Below, in pieces: positions 49,785 through 63,314 of a DNA stretch of 64,000 nucleotides. Position 1 is the stretch's first letter, and each line of letters starts with the position of its first letter. The stretch covers positions 22,320,001-22,384,000 of the forward strand of contig OZ316775.1 of the NCBI GenBank assembly GCA_973851085.1, read 5' to 3'. Below the pieces are notes generated by a model. The model was not told the DNA's origin and made no database searches. It worked only from the letters and a program-made list of their open reading frames with translations. The position numbers and the translations under genes are program-made. The stretch is from Ptychomitrium polyphyllum. Lineage: Eukaryota.

Positions 49785-52700
49785 AACTCCTGCCAGCCGG
49801 TGTTGTCTCCTATGGTTGAGTAATTCACTTTGGAGTTGATCACTCTGAAACTAGTGTCAATCTACGTTCAACGTTATGTGCAATCTGATATCAGCTGCCT
49901 TTAAAAGCGGCAGATTTTTTACACAAACCAAAGATCATGAATTTCAAACTGCATTCAATGGGTTGTCCTTGTCATAGCTTGCAGAAGGGCACTTGTAATT
50001 ATGCACCTGTAGCAACTGCCTTGGGTCCTTTTTAGAGCTGTTTATGGTTTGAAAACACGGCTTTTCAGAACTCAGATGGAATAAATCCAGTATCAATAAA
50101 TATTCAAGTAAGCAAGGTGCTGGCTGTAAATAAAAACAAAAGTTTGAGAGTTGCTTAGTTACTTTGATAAACTATGTACACAAACACATAGAGGAACTGC
50201 AATTAGTGAAATTTTCTCAAGCAGGATTTTATTGTTGATCTTGGGAAGTCAACAATCAACAGAGGCTACAAACTGGTTGCTAAAATTCCATCAGAAATGA
50301 CAATTCACTCCTTCAATTACACAGTGCACATTCCCACTTCTCAACCAATCTCCTAATTACTAAATTGAATGACTATAGTATTCTGAAAGGCAACTACTAA
50401 CTCAACCACCAAATTTGAAGGAGTTCGCTAGCACTATTCACCAAAAACACTTAGACAAAAGCTTTATAAACTCATTGTGTTGTAAAATAATTCTGACTTG
50501 GATGGAGTGCTTAGATTCAAGTTTGGGCCATTTTAAAATTCCTTTAGTGCAGCTTCTCACAATTGTATCATCTCTAGCTTTGATTACAGTCCAGGATAAT
50601 GTCTTAAATGCCTCCATACTACTCTGATATGGACATAAACCTAATAACATTATATTCATTTAGTTGAGAATATTCCTCAAATTCGGGACTTTTCATAATA
50701 AAATATTAGCACATCTATTTAATAGTTTCATTAGTTTGCATTGGCAAAATGAAACACTAAAGGTTTATATCATAGGAAATGACTTGTCATTTCTTACATA
50801 TTCAATAATGTTTGATGCCAATTGTATGTTGTTAAACTTAGACATGTATGGGGATGCAAAATATCTTAGAATTTAAGATGCTTCTAAGAAAATTCCAATA
50901 CTATATGATGGTACTTGACATTTTAAATAGTACATGAATCCTTCAATTTCCAAACTACTATACCAAATATTTATTATTACTTTGTTGTTACAAAAAAATT
51001 TCATTATTTATATTAATAATAGAAGAAAATGTGCCCAAAATAAGTTACTTTGTACATGGTATGCACATAATATGTTATTGGCACATATTTCTATTTAATT
51101 AACGGATGCGTCATGTACATTATGATCTTTTGGATCCTTAAGTATATGTCATATTCTAATTATAAGATCCAAAATCAACATGCAAAAATACTAAGAGAAT
51201 TTATCTTATAAAAAAAATAAAAATTGATTCATTTATTAATACACATGCAAGACAATCAATTATTTCCCAAATTCTTCTATTCTTTGCAATTAAAAAATTA
51301 AAAAATCAAAAAAGCAAACAAAAATAAAACTTGGCAAATGGATAAATATTTTTTGGTATTATAATGAAGTACTCTATAAATGTATTAATAAAATGATAAA
51401 GAATAAAAATCTTCATCAGCTTTATATTAAAAATATCTACCATTGAAATGATAAAAGGAAGGTGCAAAATTGTTGAAGTGATGTTATCCAAGACTTCTAT
51501 ATCTTACATAATATTAAATTTGTATTTGAGCTATATAAAGTTATATTTATTAGATTCAAAAGCATCTTTAAACTTAGAATTTGTGTAAATTGAATGTTAT
51601 CATTATTGGATTGTAAGAAGTAGCAAGCTATATCTTATAATAGATGCTTTCAATGTTTCATTTTATTAAAACAAATTACAAAACTGAAACTTATAATTTG
51701 TATAATTTGTGATAAATACAAATATAATATACATATTTCTACTTCTTAAACCTTTAAATTGACAAAATTTAATTTATGCAATTTCCTAATTCAAAGAATA
51801 GTCCAAATGAAACAAATTTGGTCACAACTTTGTTTTTTAGATGGTATAATGATCTCTTAAAAAATATAATTAAAAACTTGATTTATTGTTGAAATAAATT
51901 ATTTATTTACTACTAAAATATATTTATTTATTTTTAAAAAATTTGTAAATATCTTGGATTGTAGTTCTAAAATAGTAGAAGTCTATAAATTTACATGAAG
52001 TATTTTAAACTTTGCCTTCCCAAATAATAATCTAGCTTTGTGAATTTATTTATTTTTATAAAATATTATATATCATATTGATACACTAAATATTTAAAAT
52101 TGCTGACATGCATTTCATCACCTTTTAAATTACTTCAACCTTCATTATTTTGTTGAATTATAATCTTAAAATATTAAAGAAAAATTTATTTTCAATATTA
52201 AATATTATGTTTATGCATCTTCATATGCAATAATAATATATAAGACACAATCAAATCTAAAATAATTTGTATTTTAACACAATTCATATTTATGGATTAC
52301 AATTATAGAAATTAAAAAATTATTTATAAAATATAGTGATTATTGAATTATGTCATTAATGTTTAAAATAAATAATTGACTAAATATTCTATAATTCTAA
52401 ATTTACATAGTAAATTGTACAAAATTTGTAGATATTAATGCAAGTAAGATACATCAATATTTTATTCACATCAATGTGAATATACTGTATAAATTATTCA
52501 CTATCAATACCATTAGCTACTTTTAAAGCATTTGGTACTCTTTCTATACTATATGCAAGCCTAGCTAGAACTAATATAATATGTTGTTTTAGAACAACAT
52601 TTGATATTATTTCTTGTGATTTTTGGAATTTCCATGTTGTTAATATATTACATGTGCTTGTCATTTACTCTTAATAAGTAGGATTTGGTTCCTATTTGAA

Positions 52701-53399
52701 GTTCTTATATATATTCCAATTTTGGTATCATTATATTGCATAATTTGATATAGCAAAAGATTTGTACCATTTCACCTTAATGTTTTTATAATTCACATCT
52801 CCAAATGTCAAATTATAAACAAATTTTTCCACTATTAATCAAATAGGAGCATTACCATTTAATGCAAGACAAACCAACAAAAACCATTTATTATAACAGT
52901 CTTCTCTTACTCAAAATATAGGTGCTAGAAAAAGACTCTAAAGTCCAATATAATTATCATCTTTCTAATTTCATCTTGTATTTGTTCATTTAAATTTTAT
53001 AATATTTGAACGTCAAAAGACTGGTGACTTTGGAGCCAAAAGCCCATACATAAAACATCCATTGCCTCCATTTCTTATTTACAAAGAACTTCTTTTATAC
53101 TAATCCAATCTTATATAAGATGTTCATATAGCCGTGTATATTCTCTGGTTATATTTGCTTCACCAACGTTTTTGCAATGTTCAATGAAATTATTAATGTT
53201 TTTTATAATTTCATCATGCCCCTTCATTAGTTATAGTAAAACAACATGTGGATTTTCAAATGGTAACTTTGGCTTTCCATCTTTATCTTCTTACTATAAC
53301 TTATTTCCCTCTTTTGCCTTCCATTTATCATTTGTGCATCTTGATTTGTATTGCATTAAGGACCATCCATCACAACTTGTATAAAAACGTAATTAGTAA

Positions 53400-54260
53400 T
53401 CTTAAGAATGTCTAGTGAAATTGTCTTTAGTAATGTATTGTTAAATAAAAGATTTGAAGTGAGGAACTTCTTCAATGAAGACAAAGATGACAGGATCTTC
53501 ATTCAAATCCATGTATGAATTCATCAACAATGGAATGGTAGGATAATTATTTTTTATAATTTCATACTCCATTGTCCAAAATAAGCGTCTAAGTCATCAT
53601 GTATATGCCCAATAAGAAAGAAAGAGACTTATATTTCTTCAAATATACCTTTGGCAATAAAAAAAAACTAAAACACATTATATATTTGCTCATGTTGTCT
53701 TTCCAACAATTGTTAAGCTGCACATAAAGAATAGGTGGCAATTTGGTAAATCCTTGAGTTGTAGGTAAGGTTGATTTTGCTACTATAGAACTTATACATT
53801 GTTTTGAACATACAAAGATTATTAAATATTATTCAATTGTAGCTGCTTTTAAAAATAAAGAACTTAAATTTTTGGACTTTAGAAGATTTTTTAAGTCACA
53901 AAGAAGCTTTTTTATCAATCCAATTGTTTGATCATTATTGGTAGGGTACAAATCAAGTGTATAATGAGCATATTTTTTATCACTATGCCCATGAACAAGC
54001 ATTTTTATGACAAAGAATAGCGATTTCATTTGACTACCAAGTGCTTTATTTTTGACAACAAAACAAGGACATATTGTTTTTAAATGATCTATTTTGTCAT
54101 GTGTTATACATAAAACTTGTAACAAATAATAACAAACCAATGTTCTATTCAAGTAATAAAAAACTTAATAAGCTTTTTGTTCACATAATGAACTTCCAAT
54201 AAATGCAAAGTATTCAAAAAGCTTGATAGTCCATAATTATGTTTGTCTTGAAATTATTTA
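53400..54260 (-). mobile_element. Degenerate DNA-transposon transposase remnant (Sola-like / DUF7869-type)
   Basis: Minus-strand motifs in order: CITHDKIDHLKT (~54110-54075), LPPILYVQLNNCWKDNMSKY (~53741-53682), SFFLIGHIHDDLDAY (~53627-53581); stops and frameshifts; no TIRs found. Confidence 0.65.
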
Positions 54261-54359
54261 AACTCCTTCTTGCAATACAATGGCACAATTATAAGGTCGG
54301 TGCTTTAGTAATATGTCTATATTGTTCTTTTCAAAAATGTCTCTATAATTTTAATTGTT

Positions 54360-54700
54360 GCTCTCATGAATGCCAGAGCTCCAATAAATGATGGTTCAAG
54401 ATTTCTTGTACCTTGACGTCTTTTCCTTGAGACCACATTCCATGAGCGCCAATCAATGACTAAATTATGTGATTCAAACCAAAGAAGGTCCAAGACAATA
54501 CTATTTGTTTGGCTTATAATGATGCTAAAGATAATTTTAGATGCTTAGTCTTCTAAAACAACCTCCAAGGGTTGAGTTTCTTCAATAATGTTGCCAGATG
54601 TAAAAGATCGTCCATCATTTACTTCAATAGGTGCTGGATATTTTTTATTTACAAATACCATGAGGTATTTTGTTGCAAAATCCTTATCCATAAAGCACGC
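54360..54700 (-). mobile_element. Isolated chromovirus protease-region fragment
   Basis: Colinear homology to 10335-10676, e.g. CTAAAACAACCTCCAAGGGTTGAGTTTCTTCAATAA is shared. Confidence 0.9.
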
Positions 54701-54705
54701 TATCG

Positions 54706-55870
54706 TGATGTAATTAATTGTATAGTTTAAAACTTGAGTAGTGTTTGTTGTTTGGTGTATTTAAAAAAGAATATTAGGAAAAAAATTTAATTAGATTAAA
54801 ATAAAGGTCGTGGTAAAACCACGATTTTTATTTATCTTGAAGTTGGAACCGCATTTTGTCTTAGCTCAAGATAATTAGGCCGGTTGGTTGTAATTTTTCC
54901 TGCCTGCCGTTTTCGCTAGCAGTTCCAAGTTAAGTGCTGCAATTCTACTCAACAAATTTAACTAGAATCAAACTCGAACTAATTCAGCAGCTGAAACTTA
55001 TCCAGTTAACCAAGTTCATGACTTAGTGTTTGAACCTACCTTGACAATGGTTTTATTCTTAACTTCTTTCTTCTTGAATTTCAATCTTTTTCCCACTTTC
55101 TCTAATTTATTTTAGTTTATTTTAGTTTCTATTATAGACTTTTGAAAGTTGATTTTATCTTCTTTGTAGTTGGAACCTAGAAGTTTCAACCAAAAGAAAG
55201 AAAATAAAGAAAAGCAAAAGAAAGGGATTTATGTTGTTTTTTATTTGAAGATATGGTTAGATAAGAGTTTGATAAAGGAGATTAGAGGCTAATGTGGAGA
55301 GATATAGCTGATGTGGAGTGATAAAGGACGGATGTGGCGGTTTTACCACCGCCCTTTTCTTCTCTCTCGACCTCTCCCACTAGAATAAGAAGGCAATCCT
55401 TCTTTAAGTGAGATTTCATAGTATATTATTTAATTTGAGTTGGTTTTTTTGGATATTTTTTTTTTTTTGGTAAGCTTTTTAGAAAGTCATCACACGCTTC
55501 ATTTGAAGTTAGTATGTGGTTGTAACTTTAGTTTGGGTAAAGTTAAGTTAGTTGCCTTGAGTTTCTTAGGGCAGCTAGTTTGAATGTTTGTAACTTCTTA
55601 TAGAAACGTCTTTTGTGAGTTAAATTTTTTAGAAAAAGGTTTTAATTATTTTGAAAAGATGGTGTCAAACTTTGGTGAACATTGGATTTCTTAAGCAAAA
55701 GATACAAAGACAAATGCAACCGGAGCATCGAAAGTAGTGTACAGTAGAGTTTGGGGTTGTACAATTTGGGTGTTTGGGGTTGTACAATTTGGATCATTAT
55801 AGATGACAGAAAGGTTTTCTAAGGTTGATCTTTTGACAAGGTGTTTATTGTAAGATATGTATTATATAGA
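54706..55870 (+). repeat. Gypsy internal 3'-region fragment homologous to 2960-4116
   Basis: Multiple colinear reverse-complement blocks with 2960-4116. Confidence 0.8.
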
Positions 55871-57845
55871 AGCAATAGAAGAAGAAGGACTTTCAGATGA
55901 CATGCTTGGTATTTTGGAGGAATTGTAGGAACAAATTTATTCAAGTATATTGTTATGTTTTAATCAAGGTAAATTTTATTTTTTTAATAAATGCTATTTG
56001 ATATATTCACTTTTATGAAGTTATATTATTAATATTATTTTTTAGGACAAAATAGACATCAATATAATGAATGAAAAATTGAAATATATTTTTGAAACTT
56101 ATGGTAATTGCTAAGTTCTTAATTAAATTTAACATTATCTTTTGATACATTTTATTACTGTAGAAGTTAATTTTTGTGGCTAGACAATTTTTACATCCAA
56201 CTTCATTTGCCATTTTGATAAATTATTCAATCATTATAAGAACCATCACGTACATACTAAATCATTAAGTAAATTTTTACTGCATGCATTTTGGTTATAT
56301 TAACCACATCACTTAAATTTTTATAACATTGTATTTATTTTAGATTCATATGAATGTAATATGAAATGATTTCAATAAGGTTTGATGTACCAAGTGCTTT
56401 ACCTCTGATAAAAATTGAATTTTAAGCAGTAATAAATGCAATTTTTATGAGTTCCATGGAAATTGGCAGTGTTTATAATTTGAAAGAAATTCAATTGCAC
56501 TATTCAAAATATAAAATATGCTACAAGCAAAACTATCCAATTTTGAATAAGTCATTTTTATTAAATATATCAAATTCTAAAGAATTAGAAATCACCTATT
56601 CTGCAAAGAAACTATAGCATTAATGATTTTTTAATTTCCACATTTGTATATACCATGGTAATAATTGCCAATGCTTCTTTAATTTCAGAAGTCCAAAGGA
56701 TTCTTTATGAAATTCTAAAAAAATCACTTTAAAATATTTTTAAAGAATTTTTTTATATTGATATGGTTATAAGAGCTAAAGATTCCAAATTTATCTTTTA
56801 TGCATATATGATTATGTTCATAGAAGTTTAACCATTTAATTTTGAATAAAAATTTCATTAATGTAGATTAACAATTTTTTATAATTTTAAATACAATGAC
56901 TTATTTAACATTGATTGAGTAGACAAATTTATAATGTGATGTTGTTAAGTAGTAATTTTCATAATATAAAACTACTCATGTCACTTTAATGAAGTGAAAA
57001 TTGAAATGGTTTCATATCAAACTTAGCTCCATGAAGAGTTGACATATATTTTTTATCATTACTTTTATAAAGTGTTCTTTCTACCTTTTGAATAAAATTA
57101 TGTCTTCATTGTCTATATTCAAAAGCATTTAATATCAATTATATTCACAAAGTTTGAAATATGAAGAATAAAAAACATCATTAGGTAATCGGAATTGAGT
57201 TAGAATTAATCATTTTAAAATTAAAAAGGTGCAACATACATTTTCCTTTTCATAATATCTTTGATAAACTTGGTTGAGAACTATGGAAAAAATTAAATAT
57301 GGATGAATAGAAAAGAAAATAAAATACAAGTGTTAAAGTATACATATAAGAAGACTTCACAAAATAGGAATAAGAAAGTGAATCTTCAATTATAAAGTTA
57401 ATTTTAAAGAAGCAACAATGACAAGTATATGAATTACCAGAGTCCTTCCTCCCCCACTCCACTGGTATGGCATGGTGTTTGTATTTCAAAGTTATTGTGC
57501 AGCTGCTTGGTGTACGCAGAAACTAAAGGCTTTCTTAGTGGTCAGAATCAAATCTTACCGTTAGCGTTCCGGAATCGTCACCAGACGACAGACGAATGCT
57601 TGCGCAACGAACGAAGAACGGACGACGGCGTGGACGGAGCGGAAGGAAACTGGGGTGCTAAGCTTGCGCGCCGGCGTGAAACCCCAGGCCCTCATCCACG
57701 CTCCGCAAATCGCATTCCTCACGACGAAATCGCTTACGGCCCGAATCGATGCCACTGCACTCCCACAGATCTTTGCGCCCTGGATTTGCAGAACCTCTCG
57801 TGCTGCGCTCTTTTGAGATCCAGATGTGGCCCTAGAGCACTCGCC

Positions 57846-60800
57846 ATGTCCACGGCCACGCCCTCGCTCCTGACCTTGTGCCAGTACGTTCTGGCGGATC
57901 TGCTCACCGGTACGTGCTCTCAACTGCAATGGCTTGCACTAGGATATCTCATGATCGGGATCTCCTCTAAGTGCATGATTAGGGTTTGAATGGTTAGGGT
58001 TTGCGACCAGTGAAGCTCTCGATCTTCATTGGGGTGTTAGAGCACTGTGATTCCAACTATGACTTACTTTTCCGATTTGGATTTTCTGACACCCCCTACT
58101 GTTGTGATGAAATCATGCTTTAAATGAATGGCACATTTATGATCCTTGTTTATTGTCTAATATTGAGTTTGGAGAACAGAGGCGAGTCGAATTATTGTGT
58201 AAAGAGAATGTGATTAGTGTTTTGCGTTGTTGTTCTTGTGATTATTGTTGCCTCAGGCAGTGAGTTTTGCGTTGCTATGCTAGGTGAGTTCGTCGTTGAC
58301 GAAGAGAGTTTGAAAATGCAGGTAGTGTTTAGTGGTGGGAGTGTTGTTATCTGTGTAAGATTTGCTTGCTTCCGGCTACAGAAGAACTCAGTCTTCTGCA
58401 TTGTATCACATTGTGCTTTGATACGGTTGTTGAATGGGCCAGGTGTTTGATATCTGTGCATTACGGTTTAGGAGATTGTCACCTTGTCAAATATAACATT
58501 TAGGAAGGGCTTATGAGGAATGAGTTTGGGTGCCTGAATGTCGACGGTATTTGTGTGCAAGTTTTGCAGATTTGGACTACTGGAGGGTCTTCAAGGATTT
58601 ACCACCAGATGTCATCAATGGCATTTTACTCCATCTACCACCTCTTACACTACAAGCTCTCGGGAACGAGCTTCAAGTATACTCAAGGTAAGAGAAGAGC
58701 ATGCACGCTATGCCGTCAAATGTTTTTGCTGAGGGTACTGCAGGATGCACATTGGACTGAGGATTGTTCTGCGATGATATCTCCAGTCATGGTGGTAGAA
58801 ATACACGCATTCACTGATATGGTAATTGAATAGAATTCAATTTATTGTGCTGAACATTTCATTTTCTCAAATTAAATTCCCAGAAAGTGAAGGTTGTTCG
58901 CATTTGGTGGGGCTGAGGTTTGTGTGCTTCTCCCTCAACAGAGAATGGAGGGAGCGAGGACCCGGATGCGTTGCTGAATTAGCGTCCGGGGCTGGTAGGG
59001 AGCAGAGTGAGCCAAGATGCCAGGAAGGAAGAAACGACTCTGGGTTACATGAAGGGACACGATATTGCAGAAGGAAAAGGGGTTACAATGGGTCTCCTAG
59101 ACTGCTGGATTATTCAGCGCTGAAATCGGGCATGTCTACAGCTTGGAAATCTTTGTACAGCAGGCGCTGGCCTGCATATTTCGAACAGGTGTTGTTCCCA
59201 CAGTCAGAGAGGTTCATCGGTGTTGATTGTTATCATGGAGAACAAGATTGGCAGCAACTCTATTGGGAAGCACACTTGCAGTGGTACGTCGAGCAAATTA
59301 TCATGCTCAATGTTCATACCTTAGATTTATGATATGTATCTGTGTCATGTGCGTTATACATCAAATTTAGATGTTTACGTAGGAGCTGTACGCTGAAATT
59401 ACAAATACTTGAAGCCTGTTGATGGATACACTGTTCCTGGATGCATATCTGCAGTTGTTTGAATGCAGCTTTTGAAGAACCTTCAATTTCCAGCCCGGAC
59501 TGTCGAATAGGCGACATCTTGCTGCCAAGTAAGCCGTTTTCAGCTTTCGTTGTCTTCCTGTGTTTTCAACTCATTGTTCACTCGGTAATCTTTGTCAAAA
59601 GGGTGCCACGTTCCATATTGAGCGTCACAATGTAATGTCAAGGCAATTCCCTTCATGTGGGAATACCTTGGGGTGCAGATGACTTGGTGGAAAAATTGAC
59701 TGGCAAGATTATTGGGAAGGAAGGGACTGCACTCTCCACATTGCGTGCAAACTGTGTGTATTTTGGTCGCTCCGCCAGGTTGCTTTTTGAACATCCAGTT
59801 TCGTAAGATCTTCTTTGGTAGTTGCATTTGTCCAGCTTCTTCTGGTTCTCTATTTTTTAGACATGTTTGGAACTTTTTCTTATATTCAGATGAACTTATT
59901 TGGCATTGACAGCACCTCTTTTTATCTCATGTAGAAAGTTGCGGCTTCATAGCATATTGTGTTCTCCCGAGCTGGTGGTAAGTTATGACGTTATACAATA
60001 CGTAATGATACTGTCTGAATGTCTCCAAGTCCTTTTGGTTTATATTGTAACGTTTGTTAAATGGCATCGCGAGGCTAGTATGTCTTGCTGATCGTCACTA
60101 GCATGTAATTGTTTAATGAATTTTTGAAACTCATGGCTCCTAATTAAAGAATTTAGTGGAAGTAACCATAAACGTTCAGTAACTTTATGCTTATTCGTTT
60201 AGTTGGAAATTTAGATGGTGCTTCGCTTTGTCGCTCTAGTTTGGTTATGGAGCTAGTTGTAATTGTGATGTTGCAAGTTAGCTTGTCATATTATATTCAA
60301 CTATGCCTCACTAGCTACCAGTGGGTTCTCAGATACTACTCAAACATTCTCAACTACGTTCAGTTACATTTTGCAATGTCAGAATCAAATCAGAAGTAAG
60401 TTATTATCTGTTATGAATCGGTTGTCAATTTTCTATTTTTAGTAACTATGTTCTACTCGGGTGGTTTGTGTTTTAGGAATTTCTATTCTTCAGATAATCT
60501 GTGTTACCTCATGTTGACTACTAGGATAGCTCTGGCTGCAGGTCATAAAGTTGTATGTGCTGCCATCTGTTCATAATTGCTTCACAGATTTTACACGAAG
60601 TTAGTGGTGGCTAAATAATGTTTGTTGCCAGCTTTCAGGCATCTGTCAGTTGTTGACTGCCAACACAGCAACACTGCGTTCCGTGGAATTTTATCACTCA
60701 AAATTTACTGGTGAAACTTTAAACAAGATTGGCAAAGCTATGTGTCACACAGGCACTCGACATCACCTTCAGCACTTTGCATTGATATCCTCCAGAATAT

Positions 60801-63314
60801 TTGATCAAGCGGGTCTCTTTGCAGTCAATTCTTCAACTGATTTTCTTCAGTTTTTGTGCGCTGCCAGGCAAGTCCTCGCAGCTCAGTTGAATTGAACTAG
60901 TGATTGTTGTTAAAACCATTATATGAAGAACTGATGTGTGTAACTTTTTTGTCAGATCTCTTCGATCGTTAAGACTGTGGGACAATTCGTTAGAGCAAGA
61001 AAACGTCGTTCTTATCATGAAAATTATTTTGCACTACGCAAAAAATATCTGCCTTTTGCAACTGGTAGACAACGAGGTATGTGTTTAAGCATCCTTTTCC
61101 TTCAGATCGCATGGAGATTTGTATTTTTATACTTTTTGTTTCTAGGAGTTTGAAACGAACAAGTGGTCATTAACACAAAAGAAACGAACATTGTTATATC
61201 AATTTGATGATTACTTTTGTTCACCATGGTAAGTGCCAGTAAAATTTGTCACGTGTATATTTGCTACTATATTTGCTACTGAGAAAAGACGCTGGTGTCT
61301 GATAACTAGTTTCAGGAGTAATATGTATATGTAGCATGTGCAAATTAAATCAATGACTAGAAAGGCTATGATCTTGAGTTTTTGAACACTGTTATTTTTT
61401 GACAACCTTTTGTTCTTTTTTGCAGCTTGGAGAAATCTTCACAAGATTATTTTTAAATTCTTTGACTACTGGCACTCTCACTCAACCAGAAACAATGCTT
61501 GTGTTTAAGCGGCTCAGTGCACTTGATTTAAGGTTACTTGATGCTTTCAAACTTTTGCATCCTGTGTAATTATATAGCAATAATATTGCATTCCATAGGT
61601 TGGCCACTATGCGGCAGTCTATCAATATCCAAAGGTTTTATAACCCGCATTACTTTTATTTAACATGTGGACCAACCTTCAGGTCCAATATTCTGGATTG
61701 TGAAGCTGTTGGAAGTTTGGCGAAGTGCTTGAGTAAAATGCCCTCATTACTGCAATTAGACGTGAGTGACAATCCTTTGGAGGATGCCGGCATCAGGTAT
61801 GAGCATTGGGTAACATATAAGATATTTAATATATACGGGTTAAGCCACAGTACAACTAATTGGTTGTTTAATTGAACTTTATTAGAGATAAGCTTGCCTG
61901 TTTTGCAGTGAGTGATAGATTACAGTGTCAATGTTTTTGCAGGCTTTTAGTACCATATTTCAGCAATACATGTACAGCACTTGAAGAGTTATCATTGGCA
62001 ACTTGTCAAATGACTGCGACCAGTGCAATAGTTATGCTTAATGCGTTGTCTAATTCAGAAACAACAATTCGTCGATTGTCAATTGCTGGCAATTCTCTTG
62101 GAAGGTAGGTCACTCTGATGTCAAGATTTAAGTTTTATCCTCTTTCTTTGAGGTTTGCTTTTGCCAAGATTGAATCAACCGGCACTAAGTGCTGTAGATT
62201 CATGAAGGGTATCTTACTTTAGAAAATTCTGGCTTAATATCTTTCTGCAGTACGGTGGTACCAAGCCTGGCACAATTTCTTACCAAGAGCGCATTGGAGA
62301 TTTTGAATATTAGTGATATAGATTTGGGTCCAGCGGGATGCTCTAATGTACTTGAAGAGACACTGGTTAGTAATAGCACGCTTCTTCACATAGATATCAG
62401 GTACACCCTGTTAAACATCTACCTTTTTCTTGAGTTTCTTACGGCACTTGTGAATTAGAGTAATCTTAATTGCATGATTTATATACATCTAATATTTAAG
62501 AGCATTAAATTCAGTTGTCTTGAATCTGTTGCAATTTTTGGAATTAATTTGAATTGGTGATATTGTGGTCGTTGTCACCACTTAAAACATAACTTCTTAA
62601 AGTTATGGATATGGTATTTTTAAGTATCATTTATCACAGTTCCTTGTTTAGAATGTAAAGGACAAATGTGGTCCTTTGTACTCGCACCTTCGTAAATTGG
62701 TTTAATGTCTAATTAGTTTTTATCTCCTTTTCTCTATGTCGTGCAGTAAAAATCGTATCAATACGCCTGGGGCTGCCATGTTGGCTTCCATTATATCCGC
62801 TGGGAGTAGCAGTCTAACAAGCATAAATGCAAGCGCAAACTTACTTTCTGTGAACTCTATAACATCCATTGTGAGAGAAATTCAACAGTCAAAAGTATAT
62901 GGAGAATCTGCAGGTAATTTAAATAGTATTACCTGTTGAGGTTAGGGATTTTGATCATTGATTGTTTCTTAATACGTTTGATTACATGTTTTACCCTTAT
63001 CGGATTTTTTCTGTCTCTGATGCTAGATCAATTATGTTCTACTAATCGTATATTATTTAGTAATAGTCCGTCCTGTATTATTTTTTAATAGAGTTTGTAT
63101 ATGATCCAATATATTCATGGTTATATGAGCCCACTGTTCTCATGAGAACTGTGTTGTGACAGGCAAAAGTATGCATCTCGACTTGCGAAATAATCCTGGG
63201 AGCTTTCTGTGCAAACTGGCTGGTCTATACGTTGACAGAATTGGAGCCTATACAGTGTTGCTCTCCGATTCTTCTTGCGAGACGCATTCTATGCTTCATG
63301 ACGATGATCCGTAG
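57846..63314 (+). CDS. RNI-like leucine-rich repeat protein with N-terminal BC-box-like motif
   Basis: About 15 phase-compatible exons from MSTATPSLLTLC (57846-57909) via LPPLTLQAL, AWKSLYSRRWP, DWQQLYWEAHLQ and LRRs (LQLDVSDNPLEDAGI, LSIAGNSLG, LNISDIDLG) to ...HDDDP* at 63314. Confidence 0.88.

Noticed and set aside
57429..57989. 186-aa ORF as a gene
   Set aside because: Chance open frame across promoter and 5' UTR into exon 1 and intron 1 of the LRR gene; GCCATG at 57846 is the better start
57979..58002. Interstitial telomere (TTAGGGTTTG x2)
   Set aside because: Two isolated telo-box-like motifs, common near plant gene starts; no array
14994..63314. Ubiquitin-ligase gene cluster (F-box, ARMC8, BC-box LRR)
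   Set aside because: Genes are far apart, belong to different complexes, and E3 components are abundant in plant genomes
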